From assembly GCA_051546255.1 (NCBI GenBank), contig CP128816.1:1426001-1490000 (forward strand): a DNA stretch of 64,000 bases, given 5' to 3'. The position numbers were made by a program, and so were the translations under genes. The notes under the pieces were generated by a model. The model saw only the letters and a program-made list of their open reading frames with translations. It was not told the origin of the DNA and ran no database searches. Source of the stretch: Meyerozyma guilliermondii (Eukaryota). Positions 54,283-64,000 of this stretch are shown one piece after another (within the stretch, counting starts at the first letter, position 1; the number at the start of each line of letters is the position of its first letter).

Positions 54283-57200
54283 TCATGATTGTGCGGACAA
54301 GTCCGACATCTTAGTGTCATTAAGGTCATCGTGTTCAGCTTTCTCAAGATCCTCCTTCTTCTTACGTTTCAAAAACAGAAACCCAGCGTAATAAATAAAG
54401 ATCTTGAAGGCTCTGGTTGGGAAAATGGCCACCACCCAGTGATCAGGGATTATTCTTATGACCAATCCGACGGGAATCGATATAAATCCACAGATGATTG
54501 CAGTAGCCCATTGACCAGGGGTCTGTCTAACAACGCTGAATGCAGCACCACCGACGAACATAATCAATACTTGCATTGCGCCGATGAGAAGAGCAATTCC
54601 CAAAAAGTACCAATTGCGGAACAAGTGTTGAAAAAAGTTCAAGTTGTTGGCCGTGAGTCTGTCCCGAACCTTTCGAATGCCATCTGCTTCGTCCAACTTT
54701 CTCGTGACGACCAATTTCCAGAACTGCAACCACACAAATGTGTTAAAAGTCATGGCGTCCAATTGCTTGTTCTGATGGTTGTCGATGTGATTATTGCCAT
54801 GGAAAAATCTTCTGCCACAGAAATGAAGAATGAACGTGATAACCAACTGAGTGACTGACTGTCCAAGTATCATCTTCCACATCGAAACCGAAATCAAAGG
54901 AGCAGTACGACCAGCAGGCTTTTTCTTCAAAAACGAGTCGTCTGGCTTATCGGTCGCCAACGCCAACGCCGCTAAAGTGTCCATGATAAGATTCACCCAC
55001 AACAACTGCACAGCAGTCAACACCGACTGGCCATTGGAAGATGCCACAGCGGACACAAACGTCAAGATACAGGCAGTAATATTGACGGTCAACTGAAACT
55101 GGATGAATTTCTTGATCGAAGTCGAAACAGTTCTTCCCCATTTGATGGCCTGGACAATATCGGTGAAATCGTCTGTCATCAAGATAATATCAGAGGCTTC
55201 TCTGGCCACTTCAGTACCAGCAATTCCCATAGAAAATCCCACGTCTGCCAACTTTAAGGCAGGAGCATCGTTTGTACCGTCACCCGTGACAGCAACAACC
55301 TCTCCTGCTTTCTTCAATGTTTCCACAAGAACCCGTTTATCTTCTGGAGAAGATCTCGCCAATACTTTCAAACGAGGCGCAATCCGCGTTCTTTCCGCAT
55401 CCGTCAACTTGCGGAAGGTTGGTCCTTCCATGTATGCGTAGTCATTCGAAAGATCATCAGGAGTAAGAATATGGCATGCTCTGGAGATGGATTTTGCAGT
55501 ATTCAAGTTGTCTCCGGTAACCATTCTAACAGTGACACCAGCTTCCTTACACTGAAGAACTGCTTGTGCCACACCGTCTTTCAACGGATCTTGAATACCT
55601 GCAATTCCATCCAAAACCAAGTGTCTTTGGTCTTCTGGAATAGTGGATCCTACAGCAAGAAGTTTCTTAGGGTCGGCTTGTTTGGAGTTTTCCTCTAAAA
55701 GTTCTGGTGGAGGCCAGTTGGAAATTCCAATGAAGTCGCGGTGAGCAAGTGCAATGGCTCTCAAAGCATCATTGGCATACTCATCAATCTTGCTGAAAGC
55801 GTCGTCTCTCTGTGACCGATCCATGGACACCGTAGTACCATCGACATTGGTTAGGTACCCACAATTCTTGAAAACAATTTCAGCCGCTCCCTTAGCGTAA
55901 AGACGGAACCCATTGTCTATCTTCATTACTATTCCAGCCCATTTTCTCGAACTTTCAAACTGGATGATCTGTACTATCTTGTCGTGGTTGGCGCTCCGCT
56001 GGGTCTCCAAGTTGTCTGTTGCAAACTGATTGAAAACTTTGTTAGCAAGGATCAACAAGGCAGATTCCGTCTTGTTTCCCAAATAAGGTTCGGTTACCAC
56101 TCCAAGCTCAACCTGTCGTTCTTGTTGTTTCTTTCCGGGGTTTTGCATCAATTGGCGGATAAATGACTTTCTCTGTGGTTTTTGTCTTGCCATAAGAGCT
56201 TTCTTCTCGTCGTAGTCGGTGTTCTCAAATGCAGTGGAATTTAAAGTGATGTTGGTACAAAGAAAGACCTTAAGTTCTTCTGAAAGTTCATTCACCACTT
56301 CTGAAGACAATGGACCATGGCCACCAGAAGTATCGTCAAACTCGGACAGTCCAAAATATGCTCTCACGACTCTCATACGATTTTCAGTCAAAGTTCCGGT
56401 TTTGTCAGAGCACACAGCGGTAGCACCACCCATGGTCTCACATGACTTCAACACACGGACCAAATTACCGTTCTGAGCCATTCTAGTAGTGGCGAAAGCC
56501 AACGCTAAAGTCACTGCCAATGGCAAACCTTCGGGAACCGCAACGACAATAATTGTTATAGCAGTAATCAAAATGTCCAAGAACTTCTTTCCCTTTTGCG
56601 GACCAGGAATATCGTTGAATTTTCCTCCTGGAGCAATATTGACACAATAGCGGATGAACAAAACGATGAAAAGGACCAATGCGGCCAAAAAACCGTACTT
56701 GGAGATTCCCTCGGCAAGGTTGTCGAGTCTAACTTGCATGGGGGTTGTTTCTGCGTCGGTGTGAAGACTCATCATTGTTCTTCCATGAATGGAATTGGGG
56801 CCAACTGCAGTGACCATTCCATATCCCAAACCTTCGAGCACCTTTGCACCAGAAATAAGATAAGGGTCCTTGAACTTGATGGTAGACGAGCCCAAATCTT
56901 CATCTGTTGGAAGCTGTGCCTCATAGAAATCCATAGCCTCGCCAGCGGGTTTCTTCTTAATGGTATGAGATTCACCAGTGAGAGCAGATTCGTCACATTC
57001 AACGTCTCCCAGTATCAAGATGGCATCAGCAGGAACAACATCACCTGTTTGCAAGTTGATGATATCACCGACCAAAAGGTCGTAAATGGAGATCATTTTC
57101 TGGGCTCCGTCTCTTACCACGATCAACTCGCGGTCTTCTTTCTTGGCATTCAAACGAGCAAACTGTCGTTCTTTTTGATAATCATTGGCTGCACCAACCA

Positions 57201-57717
57201 CCACCACAATTACAACGGCAGTAATAATGGCCACGCCTTCCACCCAGTCCACCTTGGGCAAAACTTTGCCCTCATCGTCCCTCAAAGGACCTTCACCAAA
57301 GGTCTCATATAAGCCCAATGCTAAGGATATAACCGCAGCCACAGTCAACATGATCAACACCTTGTCTTTCATGGCATCGTAACATAGACGAAAGAAGTTT
57401 TTCTGGGCTTTCACCGGTATTCTATTTTCTCCGAACAATTCTTCTCTATGTTTAAGATCTCTATGGGTATCGATTCCACTCAGCAAATTAGTCTCAAGAC
57501 CATACAGTAACAGTTTGATCCCACCAAGTTCATGCAATTTGCGAAGCGATTTGGGATCGTGAAGTTCCGTTAACACTTCTGGAGTTAATCCTGAATTATC
57601 TGTGAGAGGTGTGGCTGATGAAACACTGATATTGTCTTCATTATCCGAGGTAGATCCGGGTAGTTGTAAATGTTTGGACGCTGTTTGCGCCCTTTCTATT
57701 GGATTCTGTGGAGCCAT
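54283..57717 (-). CDS. PMC1: Vacuolar P2B Ca2+-ATPase
   Basis: DESALTGES, VAVPEGLPLAVT, CSDKTGTLT, KGAAE, MVTGDN, TGDGTNDAPAL; ATG at 57717. Confidence 0.96.
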   Translation of the reverse strand: MAPQNPIERAQTASKHLQLPGSTSDNEDNISVSSATPLTDNSGLTPEVLTELHDPKSLRKLHELGGIKLLLYGLETNLLSGIDTHRDLKHREELFGENRIPVKAQKNFFRLCYDAMKDKVLIMLTVAAVISLALGLYETFGEGPLRDDEGKVLPKVDWVEGVAIITAVVIVVVVGAANDYQKERQFARLNAKKEDRELIVVRDGAQKMISIYDLLVGDIINLQTGDVVPADAILILGDVECDESALTGESHTIKKKPAGEAMDFYEAQLPTDEDLGSSTIKFKDPYLISGAKVLEGLGYGMVTAVGPNSIHGRTMMSLHTDAETTPMQVRLDNLAEGISKYGFLAALVLFIVLFIRYCVNIAPGGKFNDIPGPQKGKKFLDILITAITIIVVAVPEGLPLAVTLALAFATTRMAQNGNLVRVLKSCETMGGATAVCSDKTGTLTENRMRVVRAYFGLSEFDDTSGGHGPLSSEVVNELSEELKVFLCTNITLNSTAFENTDYDEKKALMARQKPQRKSFIRQLMQNPGKKQQERQVELGVVTEPYLGNKTESALLILANKVFNQFATDNLETQRSANHDKIVQIIQFESSRKWAGIVMKIDNGFRLYAKGAAEIVFKNCGYLTNVDGTTVSMDRSQRDDAFSKIDEYANDALRAIALAHRDFIGISNWPPPELLEENSKQADPKKLLAVGSTIPEDQRHLVLDGIAGIQDPLKDGVAQAVLQCKEAGVTVRMVTGDNLNTAKSISRACHILTPDDLSNDYAYMEGPTFRKLTDAERTRIAPRLKVLARSSPEDKRVLVETLKKAGEVVAVTGDGTNDAPALKLADVGFSMGIAGTEVAREASDIILMTDDFTDIVQAIKWGRTVSTSIKKFIQFQLTVNITACILTFVSAVASSNGQSVLTAVQLLWVNLIMDTLAALALATDKPDDSFLKKKPAGRTAPLISVSMWKMILGQSVTQLVITFILHFCGRRFFHGNNHIDNHQNKQLDAMTFNTFVWLQFWKLVVTRKLDEADGIRKVRDRLTANNLNFFQHLFRNWYFLGIALLIGAMQVLIMFVGGAAFSVVRQTPGQWATAIICGFISIPVGLVIRIIPDHWVVAIFPTRAFKIFIYYAGFLFLKRKKKEDLEKAEHDDLNDTKMSDLSAQS

Positions 57718-57980
57718 TCTGTTTAGTTGAAGGTTGCAATAAGCCAACTATAAGCCAGGTTGCAACAACCTCGCACGGCCCTAAGCCTTTGGAAATTTTC
57801 AGGCTTTGCTTAAAGCAAATGATTCGATGTCAAGTATCAACACTTAACAAATAATATAGCCACCTATTTGGATTTTGGTAACGAGAAAGTGTAAACTTAT
57901 TGTTTACAAAGGTGCAGAGGTAGAATTGATGCTCCCTTCCACTTATTATATGATAAGATTGCAACTAGGTGCCTCGCAAA

Positions 57981-57990
57981 GAGGCTGTGC
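57981..57990. promoter_or_regulatory. Candidate calcineurin/Crz1 response element GAGGCTGTGC upstream of PMC1
   Basis: Matches the GNGGC(T/G) CDRE core ~265 bp upstream of the ATG; PMC1 is a canonical Crz1 target. Confidence 0.5.
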
Positions 57991-58403
57991 TGATGCTGAT
58001 GTCAGCAACATTATCGAGACTAAAGCAACGCGCCGCAACCGACGAAAATGCGAAAATGCCGGGTGTCTGGTTGCGGTTTCGGTGTTCTCCATGACCTTTA
58101 GCAGTGCCCAGTGGTTCGGAGAGTGACAATTCTTTGGTTTCCGCAGCGATTTCAGGCTGCGTTACCACCCAACATGGGGGCGTGCCAAGGAGTCGAGTTT
58201 TGCATGAAGGCTAATTTTTGGGTTGCGTGCCGCAACCTTCACTGGCAGCCATGCCTCAGGGTTTCGCGAGCGCCAATATGTATGTAATTTCCGCATGTGG
58301 CAGCGGTGATGAGGACGATTAAGGTTGTGGATCGGGAGTCGCGGAAGAGAAAATGAAGAAGAATATAGTCATTGTAGAAGATGGTCTAATAATTGTTTTA
58401 CAG

Positions 58404-58463
58404 TTGTAGTCTGTAGTCTGTAGTTTGTAGTCTGTAGTCTAGTCTAGTCTAGTCTAGTGTAGT
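58404..58463 (+). repeat. Compound microsatellite (TGTAGTC)n grading into (TAGTC)n
   Basis: ttgtagtctgtagtctgtagtttgtagtctgtagtctagtctagtctagtctagtgtagt. Confidence 0.85.
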
Positions 58464-58766
58464 TGTCGCGGTGCGATGCCGTCTGACACGCGGCCCCAGT
58501 CTCAGTTTTCCGATACTTGCGTCGCAATTCCGCTTCGCAGAAAACCTCTTGGCACACCGAAAATGACACTTTTGGCAGGCGGAGCCGTATTGTTTCAAAT
58601 CTTAATTGTTCGTGATCGAGATCGATGACAACCAGAATATGAAACAAAACACTTTAACGTATCAATGCATAGACATGTCAGGGACGTACCCTTCAAAGCC
58701 ATCAAGCCAAAGCCACCACTTGATGACAGCTACATATCCGGTACCCGGCGCTTTCTCTGGGAAAAT

Positions 58767-58839
58767 GCCCTGCTGGCCAAACGGTTAAGGCATCCGCCTC
58801 CTAAGTGGAAGACTCCGGGTTCGAGTCCCGGGTAGGGTT
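58767..58839 (+). tRNA. tRNA-Arg(CCU), intronless
   Basis: GCCCTGC-TGGCCAAACGGTTAAGGC-A-TCCGC-CTCCTAA-GTGGA-AGACT-CCGGG-TTCGAGT-CCCGG-GTAGGGT-T; anticodon CCT at 58800-58802; T-run at ~58857-58866. Confidence 0.93.
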
Positions 58840-58958
58840 TGACCTATGAAGTTTAATTTTTTTTTCCTGCACTGCGCCCAAATGTGCCAAGATGGTAATT
58901 GGACCTTGGCAACTTGGCAGCATAGCCTCGATGTAAATGGTACTATCATTACACATAT

Positions 58959-61900
58959 TTAAAATCCAAAATCAAACGCGCTCATATCGGGCTCCTCAAA
59001 AGCTGTGGGCGGGGGTGGAGGCTGTGCTTTTGCATCGTTCCGCCCCGAGTCTTCAAACGATTGTAACATCGATCTTATTGTTCCTTTTCCATTTTCTAAC
59101 TGGTTTGTAGATTTTTCTGCCTTGGTTTTCTTCATGATTCCCTTATGCTCGTCGTATTCGATAAATGTCCATAATCGAACGAGTAGTATCGCAAGGTAGT
59201 CGCACCCCATTCGAGTATAAAGGCTGCAAATTTTCACAGTGAAATCAAATTCCTCATTTAAAGGCACCATCAAGTAGCCTCGTAAATACCGTACACTCTT
59301 TTGGCGCAAGCTATCAAACAACAATCCCAAAACAGGATCGTCTTGAAGATAACTTTTGCTCTGGGAAGTTAGTTCGCTTCCTTCAATATGGAATTTGTAG
59401 CATCGGTCAGAGAATAATTGGCCATTCTCTTTAAAAATGGCAATTGGTGGTTTTACAAGCGCCTGGATTGCAAGCTCCTTCTCGTTTAGCTCCCAAAACG
59501 TCCAGCTACTCAACCATCGGTTGCCTGTTTGCACAGCTTCAGGAACCACAAAATCTTCAATAATGTATCGTTCTGCATCACTTACAGGCTCATCAGAATT
59601 GACTGAATCTTTGCTTGTATAAACCTTGGCGATTGCAATAGCCAATGGAACATCTCTCAATTTGAAAGCTATCGTCTGGCAAGCGTCTTTGACAGAATCT
59701 CCAAGCAAGAAAAACGAAGCAGCATCGACGTAACGATGTTTTCCCAAAAGTACAAATGCATTCTTCAATGCTGCTTTCCGCCATCTATCTTCCGAAAAGT
59801 TGTTGTTCATGAAAGCTAACATCTTTTGCTTTTCTGGATGGCTGACGGTTCGCCATAATCCAGTTAAAACATGTTTCTTTCGAATGGCCAAATAAAACAA
59901 GGTGATGCGGCCGGAGGGGTCCCTAGAATCTCCAAACTCATTTCTAGCACAGGACTCCAAAACACTGGAAAGTCGGGACGTTTCCAACCAATATGGTATA
60001 CCGGTTTGCGTAATATGCTCCCAGCGTAGTCTGTTCTTGTAATGGTTATGAATCATAGTGAGAATCACCTCTTTATTGTCACTATGAAGGGCCCAATTAA
60101 TGTCTCTCATAGTCAATCGACTTTGCTTTGATGAGGTTTGGAAAAGCTTGAATCCAATGAAAAATCTTAAACCATTATCATCAAGTGATTCGTGGTAAAC
60201 TTGTAGTTCACGAACGATGTTAATCACGGATATAAGCGTGATTTGCTGGTGACGAGTTAAAAGTGGAAGTGAAGACTTGGAGAGTCTTTCAACGAGAAGA
60301 TGTGCAACTTGATCATTGAACTCACTAAACACATCGAGGTCGCCATTCGTAGAATTGTCTTGACCATTGAACAATTCATGGACATCAGGTGTAGCTGCTC
60401 GGCTTTCTCTTCGGGATGGGTGTTCACTGACAATTACTTCGTCTAAGCTGAGACCCAAATCCCATTCAATCATCTTGCCAACTCGTAGAATTTTGAATAA
60501 TTGAAACAAGATACTCTTGACGAGAGAGGTGTGTAAGAAGAACAAACTCTGAATGAGAAATTGTGGGTGGTAGAGTGGAAGTGGTCCATTCAAAATCTTG
60601 ACCAAGTGATCGATGTCAAGCCGAAAAGAATTGGCTCTTTTGCCAACATCTTCGTTGCCAATATATCCCACCATTAATTGTCTCAATGTCTGGTCAACGA
60701 AACTTTCCGACGACCCCAAGTCAACGTATTTGTCGTCAATGAAAAACTGGTTTCCGCTCGCTATTACCAAGTACCCGTTTGCAAGCCAGATCAGATCGCC
60801 TATTTCATGAGTAGTAAAGTCTGAGATGTCTATCTTTTTCAACACTGCAAAAGGAGGGATTTTGTTGGTGTAGTCGTAACGGAGCTGAGTATACAAAAGA
60901 ACATGTCTTCTGAAACCCACAGACAAAATGGCGTTTGGTACGGAAGAACTTCTCGCATCATGCTGAAGGTTATTTGCACCTTCGTTGAACCCCACATATG
61001 TCCAATCGAGATCTCTCACTTCATCCTCAAAAGATTCTTCGTATTCTAAAACACCATTCTTGGTATCCCAAATACTCAATTGCGTGCCTGTGCTATCGAT
61101 GACTGCAAACCGGCTGACTCTAGCGGCTCCATGTATTTTACCAGCTTTTTCAATGTTCGTATGAACCATTGCAGTCTCGGTCCAGCCTAGCTTCTTGCTG
61201 GCTATGTCCTTTAAATCGAGTCCGTATATCAGCAATCTTCCCCCAGTATCAATTGCAGAAACCAAGCTTTCATTCATATCAAGGTAATCAGAGTCTATGC
61301 TTGCTACCAAGTGTAAGTCCTCCTTAGGAAACCTGTCAATTTCAACTTTCTCCATTTCCACTGGATCGGTATTTAATGTCCATGCAAGAGTTTCTGAAGT
61401 GTCAAATATGGCGATGACACCAAACCTCTTTTCTCCCTTCTCTGTATCAGGAAGTTTGAACAGAAGCACAGAAAATGGCTCACTTTTTTTGGTTTTGTCG
61501 TCTTGTGAAATCGGGAATCTAACTGCTAGTGTTGCTACTCTGTCAGCATTACAACTGACACAATTCCAAACACTAACGAAACCACACTTTTCAAATACAA
61601 CAATTAAATGCCGTCTATCCTCGGTTTCAGCGTTGACGTCGTTGACGATGAGTGCACTCCAAGCACCTTTGATTTTCTCGTTTGCTTGACATTCTTCAAG
61701 TCCAAGTCGAGTTCTTTTGGTTATGGATAAGCGGCAGGTAGGTTGAGATTCGAGTATCAACGGTTCCCAAATATAATTGTGTTCGGCGAAATTCAGAATA
61801 GAAAGTAGTACCTCGGGTTTCCCGTTATTGAAGCTTGACTTGAACAACTTTCGAATGGATTTGGTATGTCCTTGGTAGCGCTCTACAAGCCGGGCTCCGA

Positions 61901-63272
61901 TGCCGCCTGTGTTACCTCTGAGCAATCTTGCAAAGTCAAGCTCTAGTAATCTGAGGGTGTTATTGAAGCGATCGTGTATCATTACAGCCACCTTTGGACT
62001 CACATCTCCCTCAACAGTGGTGCAAATTTTGGAAATAACCAAGTTTTTCTGGCTGATTCTGAACTGTAAGGATTGGATTGTATCAACGTTGATAGGCTCC
62101 ACATTGGGTACATTTAAGTAGGTTGGGAAGCAATGGTCGTCCAATCTCATATCCATAGCATCTATTCGGTCAAAACGAATAGAGTTTGGAGGATCTTGAC
62201 CAGCGTTCACCATTGCAAATATGACAATGTTCCCTTTCGTTCCAATCGCTAATAGTAGGTCCAATGTCTTGAGATCCTGGCTTTGGAGGTAGCGAGTAAT
62301 GTTCGACTCTTCCTTAGTAGCATTCAACGCTGGAACTACGGTTCGCTGAAGGTGATAATTGTCGATGATGATAGAGCCAAGAAGTTTCTTATCCTCAAAG
62401 CAGTCCCCCAAATCAATATGGGACCACGCTTTGATGTGGCTGTGGTCACTGTACTCGTATGAAGCCCACACGGTTAGTCGTCCTTCGTTGGTAATGGTGT
62501 ATAAAGTGTCACAATCATCTGACAGGTTGTCAATATAGTCTCGTATGTTTTTGATGTTTGCCATTGACTTGTCGGTGACTTTGGTTATTGAGTTCGAAGG
62601 GATTTTGTATCGCCATTGCACTTCAACGGCGTAGGTTCCTGGAGGATGAGGAAGATACGAGACATCGAATTGTGTCGTTTCGTCGCCATAATTGGCACGC
62701 GACCACACTTTAAGCAAGTTGTCGTAGTGGTTGCTAACAGACACGATCTTGTTGGCATTGGCAGTGATCTTAACCTTGGTAACTGAGCTAGGCTGGGGAC
62801 AGTACCATCGTCTTCGATGACAAGTTTCGCCAAAGTTGTCGAAAATATAATGTAATGATATCGATTTTGCCGTGCCCACGCAAAGTTCCAGCTCTATAGT
62901 GGCCCAATCCATACAATTGACGTTGGAATTGTCGTCCTCGTTGATTATAGTGGTTCCTTGCGTCCATCGTGGACGACTCAGAAACTCGTTTTCTGGTTTA
63001 AAAATGATAATTGTGCTTTTTACTGAAACCGCAATGTACCCTGTAGTTCCGTCAATGACCACACACCCCAAATCCCCCAGTAAATATATCGTTTGAAGGT
63101 TATCGAGTCGTTGGAGCAGGTCCAGTTTACTTCGCCGATCGGGTTTCAAGGTCGATGAGATGATCAAATTGTTTCCCAGACCATATGCTACTAGATAATG
63201 AGACTTCCATAGTGCGTGCAGACTGGAGTTGGTTCCTTTATTGACTTCCCCCGGTATGAAAGTGATGGTCAT
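58959..63272 (-). CDS. RAV1: RAVE complex subunit Rav1 (V-ATPase assembly)
   Basis: MTITFIPGEVN start, WD-like repeats, Rav1 C-domain LNGPLPLYHPQFLIQ, RWRKAALKNAFVLLGKHRY, C-terminal AFEEPDMSAFDFGF. Confidence 0.93.
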   Translation of the reverse strand: MTITFIPGEVNKGTNSSLHALWKSHYLVAYGLGNNLIISSTLKPDRRSKLDLLQRLDNLQTIYLLGDLGCVVIDGTTGYIAVSVKSTIIIFKPENEFLSRPRWTQGTTIINEDDNSNVNCMDWATIELELCVGTAKSISLHYIFDNFGETCHRRRWYCPQPSSVTKVKITANANKIVSVSNHYDNLLKVWSRANYGDETTQFDVSYLPHPPGTYAVEVQWRYKIPSNSITKVTDKSMANIKNIRDYIDNLSDDCDTLYTITNEGRLTVWASYEYSDHSHIKAWSHIDLGDCFEDKKLLGSIIIDNYHLQRTVVPALNATKEESNITRYLQSQDLKTLDLLLAIGTKGNIVIFAMVNAGQDPPNSIRFDRIDAMDMRLDDHCFPTYLNVPNVEPINVDTIQSLQFRISQKNLVISKICTTVEGDVSPKVAVMIHDRFNNTLRLLELDFARLLRGNTGGIGARLVERYQGHTKSIRKLFKSSFNNGKPEVLLSILNFAEHNYIWEPLILESQPTCRLSITKRTRLGLEECQANEKIKGAWSALIVNDVNAETEDRRHLIVVFEKCGFVSVWNCVSCNADRVATLAVRFPISQDDKTKKSEPFSVLLFKLPDTEKGEKRFGVIAIFDTSETLAWTLNTDPVEMEKVEIDRFPKEDLHLVASIDSDYLDMNESLVSAIDTGGRLLIYGLDLKDIASKKLGWTETAMVHTNIEKAGKIHGAARVSRFAVIDSTGTQLSIWDTKNGVLEYEESFEDEVRDLDWTYVGFNEGANNLQHDARSSSVPNAILSVGFRRHVLLYTQLRYDYTNKIPPFAVLKKIDISDFTTHEIGDLIWLANGYLVIASGNQFFIDDKYVDLGSSESFVDQTLRQLMVGYIGNEDVGKRANSFRLDIDHLVKILNGPLPLYHPQFLIQSLFFLHTSLVKSILFQLFKILRVGKMIEWDLGLSLDEVIVSEHPSRRESRAATPDVHELFNGQDNSTNGDLDVFSEFNDQVAHLLVERLSKSSLPLLTRHQQITLISVINIVRELQVYHESLDDNGLRFFIGFKLFQTSSKQSRLTMRDINWALHSDNKEVILTMIHNHYKNRLRWEHITQTGIPYWLETSRLSSVLESCARNEFGDSRDPSGRITLFYLAIRKKHVLTGLWRTVSHPEKQKMLAFMNNNFSEDRWRKAALKNAFVLLGKHRYVDAASFFLLGDSVKDACQTIAFKLRDVPLAIAIAKVYTSKDSVNSDEPVSDAERYIIEDFVVPEAVQTGNRWLSSWTFWELNEKELAIQALVKPPIAIFKENGQLFSDRCYKFHIEGSELTSQSKSYLQDDPVLGLLFDSLRQKSVRYLRGYLMVPLNEEFDFTVKICSLYTRMGCDYLAILLVRLWTFIEYDEHKGIMKKTKAEKSTNQLENGKGTIRSMLQSFEDSGRNDAKAQPPPPPTAFEEPDMSAFDFGF

Positions 63273-63426
63273 CACCGGTAGTATATGTAGAATGATTTGT
63301 GCGGTTGCGAAAAATGAGAGTGAGAACATAAGAGAGTGAGACGAACGAGAACAGAATAATGAGTATGAGAAAAGGAAGTCATTTTATAAATAGAATCTCG
63401 ATTAAATATACTGATTACATGTAGAA

Positions 63427-64000
63427 TTAAACAACATCCTCGTGCATCGAGACCGCCGTGGAGTGAACCACCGACTTGACCGACTTCAATTCATCAGCAG
63501 CGACAACCTCCTGCAAGCCATCTTCCTCAACAGTAGTGTGGTCAGAGACTCTGAACAAGAGGAGTGGTGCAGCGATGAGCAATGAACCATGGACCAATCC
63601 CCATGAACTGGCAAACATGGCCATGTATGGCTTCTGGAGAGCATCCAATCTCCATGCGATGGCAGCTGCCGCAGACTGAATACCCTTGTAGAATCCAGCA
63701 TACAAGGACACCGTCTTGGGGTTATTGGACATGGTTCCCAACGACCAGAAAATGAAGGTTTGGAACATGGCATCGTACATTCCGTAGAAAATGTACAAGA
63801 ACATGGGTCCAATATAGGAACCATCTTTATAGTCAATTGGAGTCAATTTGGGTTTAGTTGGATCAGCAGTTTCTCTGGTGAATCCTTGTTGGAACTTAAG
63901 ACCTCCTCCCCAGATTGCCATACCTGTAATGAACAAAATACCCCATCCAATTCTTGACCGAGTGACTCTTCTGAATCTGTTCATATCCAATACAGTACCA
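63427..64000 (-). CDS. MFS transporter, UNC-93-like/DUF895 family, 5'-truncated by window edge
   Basis: TM segments with YIFYGMYDAMFQ..FW.LG.MSN and YAGFYKGIQSA.AAIAWRLD; frame runs off the window end. Confidence 0.78.
   Translation of the reverse strand, partial: GTVLDMNRFRRVTRSRIGWGILFITGMAIWGGGLKFQQGFTRETADPTKPKLTPIDYKDGSYIGPMFLYIFYGMYDAMFQTFIFWSLGTMSNNPKTVSLYAGFYKGIQSAAAAIAWRLDALQKPYMAMFASSWGLVHGSLLIAAPLLLFRVSDHTTVEEDGLQEVVAADELKSVKSVVHSTAVSMHEDVV

Noticed and set aside
58404..58463. CRISPR-like or telomere-like repeat
   Set aside because: Simple 5-7-bp microsatellite without spacers, in an internal eukaryotic locus.

Overview
Gene-dense nuclear DNA from a budding yeast of the CUG-Ser (CTG) clade. 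CTG codons sit at conserved Ser positions in casein kinase I, Coq8, the globin and the MedA-like protein, so the supplied standard-code ORF track mistranslates them. Many of its GTG/TTG 'starts' are also artefacts. I call 32 protein-coding genes, two of them truncated by the window edges, plus tRNA-Lys(CUU) with a 13-nt intron and tRNA-Arg(CCU). Most are housekeeping genes in blocks syntenic with S. cerevisiae: YCK2-CUZ1; ELA1-PDR16-CSL4-BNI4-YNL234W-like globin; RPS2-NAB2-COQ8-PRP43; ARF3-RKI1-RPS7; TAO3-MET18-RRT14; RPN14-COG7-PMC1. I found no transposon, CRISPR array or obvious horizontally acquired island. The best candidate for an undescribed system is a reductase-less globin with a K-Ras-like polybasic+CaaX tail, next to a MedA/DUF7082-type regulator; both have unusually long, motif-rich upstream regions. 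Other leads: a 75-aa orphan ORF, a 44-nt ARF3 intron missed by the ORF track, a shared 15-bp ribosomal-protein promoter element, PAC elements close to start codons, and Rim101/Crz1-type site clusters. Gene names come from recognising motifs and recalled gene order, not from database searches.
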